From Squalus acanthias (taxonomy: Eukaryota), in assembly GCA_030390025.1 (NCBI GenBank), contig JASTWF010000034.1:5580001-5644000 (forward strand): a stretch of 64,000 nucleotides of DNA, in the 5' to 3' direction. Positions 55,201 through 64,000 of this stretch are shown in pieces (positions within the stretch are counted from its first letter, which is position 1; each line of letters begins with the position of its first letter). The notes beneath the pieces are model-generated. The model worked only from the letters and a program-made list of their open reading frames with translations. It was not told where the DNA came from and ran no database searches. The position numbers and the translations under genes are program-made.

Positions 55201-58200
55201 ACTTCAATCCCTCAATACCTGGTCTGGTCCTACACTCGACTCCAGTCCCCCACTACCCGGTCTGGGCCCACACCTGACTCCAGTCCCTCATTACCCGGTC
55301 TGGGTATACACCTGAATCCAGTTCCTCAACACCTGGTCTGGTCCTACAGCTGACTTCAGTCCCTCACTGCACGGTCTGGGCCTACATCTGACTCCATTCC
55401 CTCTAAACCAGGTCTGACCCTACACCTGACTCCAGTCCCTCACTACCCAGTCTGGGTCTACACCTGACTCCAGTCTCTCACTATCCGGTCTGGGTCTGCA
55501 CCTGACTCCAGTCCCTCACTACCCGGTCTGGGTATACACCTGAATCCAGTTCCTCAATACCTGGTCTGGTCCTACAGCTGACTTCAGTCTCTCACTGCAC
55601 GGTCTGGGCCTACATCTGACTCCATTCCCTCTAAACCAGGTCTGCCCCTACACCTGACTCCAGTCCCTCACTACCCAGTCTGGGCCTACACCTGACTCCA
55701 ATCCCTCACTACCCAGTCTGGGCCTACACCTGACTCCAGTCCCTCACTACCTGGTCTTGGCCTACACCCGAATCCAGTCCCTCACTACCCGGTCTGGGTA
55801 TGCACCTGATTCCTTCCCTCACTAGCCGGTCCTGGCCTACACCCGACTCCAGTCCCCCACTACCCGGTCTGGGCCCACACCTGACTCCAGTCCCTCATTA
55901 CTCGGTCTGGGTCTACACCTGACTCCAGTCCCTCACTACCCCCTCTTAGCCTACACCTGACTCCAGTCCCTCACTACCAGGTCTGGTCCTACACCTAAGT
56001 CCGATCCCTCAATACCTGGTCTGGGCCCACACCTGAATCCGGTCCCTCAATACCTGGTCTGGTCCTACACCCGACTCCAGTCCCCCACTACCCGGTCTGG
56101 GCCCACACCTGACTCCAGTCCCTCATTACCCGGTCTGGGTCTACACCTGACTCCTGTCCCTCACAACCCAGGCTGGGTCTACACCTGACTCCAGTCCCTC
56201 ACTACCCCCTCTTAGCCTACACCCGACTCCAATCCCTCACTACCTGGTCTGGGCCGAAACCTGACTCCAGCCCCTCTAAACCCGGTCTGGGCCTATTTCT
56301 GACTCCAGTCCCTCACTACCCATTCTTGGCCTGCACCTGACTCCGGTCCCTCACTACCTGGTCTGGGCCTGCACCTGGCTCCAGTACCTCACTATCCGGT
56401 CTGGATATACACCTGACTCCGGTCCCTCAATACCTGGTCTGGTCCTACACCTGACTCCAGTCCCTCTCTACCCAGTCTGGGTATACTCCTGACACCAGTC
56501 CCTCACTACCCAGTCTGGGCCTACACCTGAATCCAGTCTCTCACTACCCGGTCTGGGCCTACACCTGACTCCAGTCCCTCACTACCCGGTCTGGGTCTAT
56601 TCCTCACTCCAGTCCCACACTACTCGGTCTGGGACTATACCTGACTCCAATCTCTCACTACCTGGTCTGTGCCGGCACCTGACTCCAGTCCCTCACTTCC
56701 CGGTCTGGGTCTATACCTCACTCCAATCCCTCACTACCTGGTCTGGGTATACACCTGACTCCAGTCCCTCACTACCAGGTCTGGTCCTACACCTGAGTCC
56801 GATCCCTCATTACCTGGTCTGGGCCCACACCTGACTCCGGTCCCTCAATACCTGGTCTGGTCCTACACCCGACTCCAGTCCCCCACTACCCGGTCTGGGC
56901 ACATACCTGACTCCAGTCCCTCATTACCCGGTCTGGGTATACACCTGAATCCAGTTCCTCAATACCTGGTCTGGTCCTACAGCTGACTTCAGTCCCTCAC
57001 TGCACGGTCTGGGATTACATCTGACTCCATTCCCTCTAAACCAGGTCTGGCCCTACACCTGACTCCGGTCCCTCAATACCTGGTCTGGGTCTACACCTGA
57101 CTCCAGTCTCTCACTATCCGGTCTGGGTCTGCACCTGACTCCAATCCCTCACTACCCGGTCTGGGTATACACCTGAATCCAGTTCCTCAATACCTGGTCT
57201 GATCCTACAGCTGACTTCAGTCCCTCACTGCACGGTCTGGGCCGACATCTGACTCCATTCCCTCTAAACCAGGTCTGGCCCTACACCTGACTCCAGTCCC
57301 TCACTACCCGGTCTGGGTATACACCTGACTCCAGTCCCTCATTACCAGGTCTGGGCCGACACCTGACTCCTGTCCCTCATTACCAGGTCTGGGTCTACAC
57401 CTGACTCCAGTCCCTCACTACCCGGTCTGGGTCTACACATGACTCCAGTCCTTCACTACCCAGGCTGGGTCTACATCTGACTCCTCTCCCTCACTACCCG
57501 GTCTGGGCCACATCTGACTCCACTCCCTCGCTACCCGGTCAGGGCCTACATCTGACTCCAGTCCCTCATTACCAGGTCTGTGTCTACACCTGACTCCAGT
57601 CCCTCACTACCCGGTCTGGGCCCACACCAGACTCCGGTCCCTCAAAACCTGGTCTGGTCCTACACCTGACTCCAGTCCCTCACTTCCCGGTCTGGGTCTG
57701 TACCTCACTCCAGTCCCTCACTATCCATCTGAGCCTACACCTGACTCCAGTCCCTCACTACCCGGTCTGGGCCTACACCTGACTACAGTCCCTCACTACC
57801 CGGTCTGGGCCCACACCTGACTCCAGTCCCTCACTACCCGGTCTGGGTCTACACCTGACTCCAGTCCCTCACTACCCGGTCTGGGTCTACACCTGACTCC
57901 AGTCCCTCACTACCCAGTCTGGGCCTACAGCTGACTGCAGTCCCTCACTACCCAGTCTGGGCCTATACCTGACTCCAGTCCCTCTATACCAGGTCTGGCC
58001 CTACACCTGACTCCGGTTACTCACTACCCGGTCTGGGCCTACACCTGACTCCAGTCCCTCACTTACCAGGCTGGGTCTACACCTGACTCCAGTCCCTCAC
58101 TACCCCCTCTTAGCCTACACCCGACTCCAATCCCTCACTACCTGGTCTGGGCCGACACCTGACTCCAGTCCCTCACTACCCGGTCTGGGTCTACACCTGA

Positions 58201-61200
58201 CTCCAGTCCCTCACTACCCGGTCTGGGCCTACACCTGACTCCAGTCCCTCACTACCCGGTCTGGGCCTACACCTGACTCAGTCCCTCACTACCCAGGTCT
58301 GGGCTACACCTGACTCCAGTCCCTCTATACCAGGTCTGGCCCTACACCTGACTCCAGGTCCCTCACTACCTTGTCTGGGCCTACACCTGACTCCAGTCCC
58401 TCACTACCAGGTCTGGGCCTACACCTGACTCCAGTCCCTCACTACCCGGTCTGGGTCTACACCTGACTCCAGTCCCTCACTACCCGGTCTGGGTCTACAC
58501 CTGACTCCAGTCCCTCACTACCCAGGCTGGGTCTACATCTGACTCCACTCCCTCACTACCCGGTCTGGGCCTACACCTGACTCCAGTTCCTCACTACCCG
58601 GTCTGGGCCTACACCTGACTCCAGTCCCTCACTACCAGGTCTGGCCCTACACCTGACTCCAGTCCCTCACTACCCGGTCTGGTCTACACCTGACTCCAGT
58701 CCCTCATTACCAGGTCTGGGCCTACACCTGACTCCAGTCCCTCACTACCCGGTCTGGGCCCACACCAGACTCCGGTCCCTCAAAACCTGGTCTGGTCCTA
58801 CACCTGACTCCAGTCCCTCACTTCCCGGTCTGGGTCTGTACCTCACTCCAGTCCCTCACTATCCATCTGAGCCGACACCTGACTCCAGTCCCTCAATACC
58901 CGGTTTGGATCTACACCTGACTCCAGTCCCTCACGGCCCGTTCTGGGCCTACACCTGACTCCAATCCCTCACTACGCAGTCTTGGTATACACCTGACTCC
59001 ATTGCCTCACTACCCGGTCTGGGCCTACACCTGACTCCAGTCCCTCACTACCCGGTCTGGGCCCACACCTGACTCCAGTCCCTCACTACCCGGTCTGGGT
59101 CTACACCTGACTCCAGTCCCTCACTACCCAGGCTGGGTCTACACCTGACTCCAGTCCCTCACTACCCCCTCTTAGCCTACACCCGACTCCAATCCCTCAC
59201 TACCTGGTCTGGGCCGAAACCTGACTCCAGTCCCTCAATACCCGGTCTGAGTCTACACCTGACTTCAGTCCCTCACTACCCGGTCTGGGCCTACACCTGA
59301 CTCCAGTCCCTCACTACCCTGTCTGGGCCTACACCTGACTCCAGTCCCTCACTACCCAGTCTGGGCCTATAGCTGACTCCAGTCCCTCTAAACCCGATAT
59401 GGGCCTATTTCTGACTCCAGCCCTCACTACCCGTTCTTGGCCTGCACCTGACTCCGGTCCCCCACTACCTGGTCTGGGCCTGCAACTGGCTCCAGTACCT
59501 CACTATCGGGTCTGGATATACACCTGACTCCGGTCCCTCAATACCTGGTCTGGTCCTACACCTGACTCCTGTCCCTCACAACCCAGTCTGGGTATACTCC
59601 TGACTCCAGTCCCTCACTACCCAGTCTGGGCCTACACCTGAATCCAGTCTCTCACTACTCGGTCTGGGCCTACACCTGACTCCAGTCCCTCACTACCCGG
59701 TCTGGGTCTATTCCTCACTCCAGTCCCACACTACTCGGTCTGGGCCTATACCTGACTCCAATCTCTCACTACCTGGTCTGTGCCGGCACCTGACTCCAGT
59801 CCCTCACTTCCCGGTCTGGGTCTATACCTCACTCCAATCCCTCACTACCTGGTCTGGGTATACACCTGACTCCAGTCCCTCACTACCAGGTCTGGTCCTA
59901 CACCTAAGTCCGATCCCTCAATACCTGGTCTGGGCCCACACCTGAATCCGGTCCCTCAATACCTGGTCTGGTCCTACACCCGACTCCAGTCCCCCACTAC
60001 CCGGTCTGGGCCCACACCTGACTCCAGTCCCTCATTACCCGGTCTGGGTCTACACCTGACTCCTGTCCCTCACAACCCAGGCTGGGTCTACACCTGACTC
60101 CAGTCCCTCACTACCCCCTCTTAGCCTACACCCGACTCCAATCCCTCACTACCTGGTCTGGGCCGAAACCTGACTCCAGCCCCTCTAAACCCGGTCTGGG
60201 CCTATTTCTGACTCCAGTCCCTCACTACCCATTCTTGGCCTGCACCTGACTCCGGTCCCTCACTACCTGGTCTGGGCCTGCACCTGGCTCCAGTACCTCA
60301 CTATCCGGTCTGGATATACACCTGACTCCGGTCCCTCAATACCTGGTCTGGTCCTACACCTGACTCCAGTCCCTCTCTACCCAGTCTGGGTATACTCCTG
60401 ACACCAGTCCCTCACTACCCAGTCTGGGCCTACACCTGAATCCAGTCTCTCACTACCCGGTCTGGGCCTACACCTGACTCCAGTCCCTCACTACCCGGTC
60501 TGGGTCTATTCCTCACTCCAGTCCCACACTACTCGGTCTGGGCCTATACCAGACTCCAATCTCTCACTTCCTGGTCTGTGCCGGCAACTGACTCCAGTCC
60601 CTCACTTCCCGGTCTGGGTCTATACCTCATTCCAATCCCTCACTACCTGGTCTGGGTATACACCTGACTCCAGTCCCTCACTACCAGGTCTGGTCCTACA
60701 CCTGAGTCCGATCCCTCATTACCTGGTCTGGGCCCACACCGGACTTCAATCCCTCAATACCTGGTCTGGTCCTACACTCGACTCCAGTCCCCCACTACCC
60801 GGTCTGGGCCCACACCTGACTCCAGTCCCACATTACCCGGTCTGGGTATACACCTGAATCCAGTTCCTCAACACCTGGTCTGGTCCTACAGCTGACTTCA
60901 GTCCCTCACTGCACGGTCTGGGCCTACATCTGACTCCATTCCCTCTAAACCAGGTCTGACCCTACACCTGACTCCAGTCCCTCACTACCCAGTCTGGGTC
61001 TACACCTGACTCCAGTCTCTCACTATCCGGTCTGGGTCTGCACCTGACTCCAGTCCCTCACTACCCGGTCTGGGTATACACCTGAATCCAGTTCCTCAAT
61101 ACCTGGTCTGGTCCTACAGCTGACTTCAGTCTCTCACTGCACGGTCTGGGCCTACATCTGACTCCATTCCCTCTAAACCAGGTCTGCCCCTACACCTGAC

Positions 61201-62160
61201 TCCAGTCCCTCACTACCCAGTCTGGGCCTACACCTGACTCCAATCCCTCACTACCCAGTCTGGGCCTACACCTGACTCCAGTCCCTCACTACCTGGTCTT
61301 GGCCTACACCCGAATCCAGTCCCTCACTACCCGGTCTGGGTATGCACCTGATTCCTTCCCTCACTAGCCGGTCCTGGCCTACACCCGACTCCAGTCCCCC
61401 ACTACCCGGTCTGGGCCCACACCTGACTCCAGTCCCTCATTACTCGGTCTGGGTCTACACCTGACTCCAGTCCCTCACTACCCCCTCTTAGCCTACACCT
61501 GACTCCAGTCCCTCACTACCAGGTCTGGTCCTACACCTAAGTCCGATCCCTCAATACCTGGTCTGGGCCCACACCTGAATCCGGTCCCTCAATACCTGGT
61601 CTGGTCCTACACCCGACTCCAGTCCCCCACTACCCGGTCTGGGCCCACACCTGACTCCAGTCCCTCATTACCCGGTCTGGGTCTACACCTGACTCCTGTC
61701 CCTCACAACCCAGGCTGGGTCTACACCTGACTCCAGTCCCTCACTACCCCCTCTTAGCCTACACCCGACTCCAATCCCTCACTACCTGGTCTGGGCCGAA
61801 ACCTGACTCCAGCCCCTCTAAACCCGGTCTGGGCCTATTTCTGACTCCAGTCCCTCACTACCCATTCTTGGCCTGCACCTGACTCCGGTCCCTCACTACC
61901 TGGTCTGGGCCTGCACCTGGCTCCAGTACCTCACTATCCGGTCTGGATATACACCTGACTCCGGTCCCTCAATACCTGGTCTGGTCCTACACCTGACTCC
62001 AGTCCCTCTCTACCCAGTCTGGGTATACTCCTGACACCAGTCCCTCACTACCCAGTCTGGGCCTACACCTGAATCCAGTCTCTCACTACCCGGTCTGGGC
62101 CTACACCTGACTCCAGTCCCTCACTACCCGGTCTGGGTCTATTCCTCACTCCAGTCCCAC
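22276..62160. repeat. 152-monomer (5,769-bp) higher-order repeat array, ~7 units including structural variants
   Basis: Independent markers give the same period: GGTCGATC 24287/30056/35825; TATCGGG 25432/31201/36970; GGGATTAC 22715/28484/34253/40022. 5769 = 152x38 - 7, and seven 37-bp monomers can be counted per unit. Later TATCGGG positions are 41071, 47327, 54038 and 59504 (spacings 4101, 6256, 6711, 5466). Confidence 0.93.
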
Positions 62161-62730
62161 ACTACTCGGTCTGGGCCTATACCAGACTCCAATCTCTCAC
62201 TTCCTGGTCTGTGCCGGCAACTGACTCCAGTCCCTCACTTCCCGGTCTGGGTCTATACCTCATTCCAATCCCTCACTACCTGGTCTGGGTATACACCTGA
62301 CTCCAGTCCCCTCACTACCAGGTCTGGTCCTACACCTGAGTCCGATCCCTCATTACCTGGTCTGGGCCCACACCGGACTTCAATCCCTCAATACCTGGTC
62401 TGGTCCTACACTCGACTCCAGTCCCCCACTACCCGGTCTGGGCCCACACCTGACTCCAGTCCCTCATTACCCGGTCTGGGTATACACCTGAATCCAGTTC
62501 CTCAACACCTGGTCTGGTCCTACAGCTGACTTCAGTCCCTCACTGCACGGTCTGGGCCTACATCTGACTCCATTCCCTCTAAACCAGGTCTGACCCTACA
62601 CCTGACTCCAGTCCCTCACTACCCAGTCTGGGTCTACACCTGACTCCAGTCTCTCACTATCCGGTCTGGGTCTGCACCTGACTCCAGTCCCTCACTACCC
62701 GGTCTGGGTATACACCTGAATCCAGTTCCT
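59880..62730. repeat. Local tandem repetition of the 43-monomer (1,633-bp) HOR sub-unit
   Basis: CCTAAGTCCG at 59905/61538 and GCCGGCAACTG at 60586/62219, both with offset 1633 (= 43x38 - 1). Confidence 0.82.
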
Positions 62731-64000
62731 CATTACTCGGTCTGGGTCTACACCTGACTCCAGTCCCTCACTACCCCCTCTTAGCCTACACCTGATTCCG
62801 GTCCCTCACTACCTGGTCTGGGTCTACACCTGACTCCGGTCCCTCACTACCCGGTCTGGGTCTATTCCTCACTCCAGTCCCACACTACTCGGTCTGGGAC
62901 TATACCTGACTCCAATCTCTCACTACCTGGTCTGTGCCGGCACCTGACTCCAGTCCCTCACTTCCCGGTCTGGGTCTATACCTCACTCCAATCCCTCACT
63001 ACCTGGTCTGGGTATACACCTGACTCCAGTCCCTCACTACCAGGTCTGGTCCTACACCTGAGTCCGATCCCTCATTACCTGGTCTGGGCCCACACCTGAC
63101 TCCGGTCCCTCAATACCTGGTCTGGTCCTCCACCCGACTCCAGTCCCCCACTACCCGGTCTGGGCCCCTACAGCTGACTTCAGTCCCTCACTACCCGGTC
63201 TGGGTATACACCTGAATCCAGTTCCTCAATACCTGGTCTGGTCCTACAGCTGACTTCAGTCTCTCACTGCACGGTCTGGGCCTACATCTGACTCCATTCC
63301 CTCTAAACCAGGTCTGCCCCTACACCTGACTCCAGTCCCTCACTACCCAGTCTGGGCCTACACCTGACTCCAATCCCTCACTACCCAGTCTGGGCCTACA
63401 CCTGACTCCAGTCCCTCACTACCTGGTCTTGGCCTACACCCGAATCCAGTCCCTCACTACCCGGTCTGGGTATGCACCTGATTCCTTCCCTCACTAGCCG
63501 GTCCTGGCCTACACCCGACTCCAGTCCCCCACTACCCGGTCTGGGCCCACACCTGACTCCAGTCCCTCATTACTCGGTCTGGGTCTACACCTGACTCCAG
63601 TCCCTCACTACCCCCTCTTAGCCTACACCTGACTCCAGTCCCTCACTACCAGGTCTGGTCCTACACCTAAGTCCGATCCCTCAATACCTGGTCTGGGCCC
63701 ACACCTGAATCCGGTCCCTCAATACCTGGTCTGGTCCTACATCCGACTCCAGTCCCCCACTACCCGGTCTGGGCCCACACCTGACTCCAGTCCCTCATTA
63801 CCCGGTCTGGGTCTACACCTGACTCCTGTCCCTCACAACCCAGGCTGGGTCTACACCTGACTCCAGTCCCTCACTACCCCCTCTTAGCCTACACCCGACT
63901 CCAATCCCTCACTACCTGGTCTGGGCCGAAACCTGACTCCAGCCCCTCTAAACCCGGTCTGGGCCTATTTCTGACTCCAGTCCCTCACTACCCATTCTTG

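Larger units (their letters stand above)
1..64000. repeat. 38-bp-monomer tandem satellite array (~1,680 copies, one orientation, extends beyond both window edges)
   Basis: The motif CACCTGACTCCAGTCCCTCACTACCCGGTCTGGG or a close variant recurs every 38 bp (occasionally 37 bp) from the first to the last line. Monomers typically differ from consensus at 0-6 positions. No inverted blocks or non-repeat inserts were seen. Confidence 0.99.

Noticed and set aside
1..64000. CRISPR array (38-bp, partly palindromic repeat)
   Set aside because: Monomers abut directly with no unique spacers, and there is no leader or cas gene. Variation is point substitution inherited in blocks.
1..64000. Giant repetitive CDS (mucin/adhesin-like, or UGA-recoded)
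   Set aside because: The period of 38 is not a multiple of 3, fixed 37-bp monomers shift phase, TAA/TAG variants recur, and no codon-position bias is evident.
1..64000. Telomeric repeat tract
   Set aside because: Only one CCCTCA hexamer per 38 bp, with no tandem (TTAGGG)n or similar run.
1..64000. Assignment to a named satellite family, CENP-B box or host species
   Set aside because: I do not recognise the monomer, it is not alpha satellite (171 bp), and I saw no CENP-B box (TTCG....A..CGGG). A Dfam/Repbase/nt search would be needed.
1..64000. Transposon insertions, inversions, or tRNA/5S/snRNA tandem genes
   Set aside because: No non-monomer sequence or reverse-orientation monomers were seen on reading through, and the 38-bp unit is too short and lacks recognisable RNA-gene structure.

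Overview
The whole 64-kb window is one uninterrupted, head-to-tail, single-orientation tandem array (satellite DNA) of a 38-bp monomer, consensus TACACCTGACTCCAGTCCCTCACTACCCGGTCTGGGCC (17 C, 7 G, 6 A, 8 T; ~63% GC), about 1,680 copies. I see no genes, RNA genes, transposons, CRISPR spacers or unique sequence; the four supplied ORFs are translations of the repeat. The real structure is higher-order and was mapped by hand from rare variant monomers. The left third (~1-22 kb) is a patchwork of short or dispersed multi-monomer duplications: a 26-mer x3, a 60-mer x2 plus a third copy, and a dispersed 1.45-kb block. From ~22.3 kb on, a 152-monomer (5,769-bp) higher-order repeat (HOR) recurs about 7 times, near-identical in the first ~3 units and then with in-register monomer deletions and duplications. 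Very common monomer variants match CpG deamination, suggesting a methylated eukaryotic genome. A few short indel-rich or consensus-reverted patches look like assembly errors. I cannot name the organism or satellite family, and centromeric or subtelomeric function is only a hypothesis.
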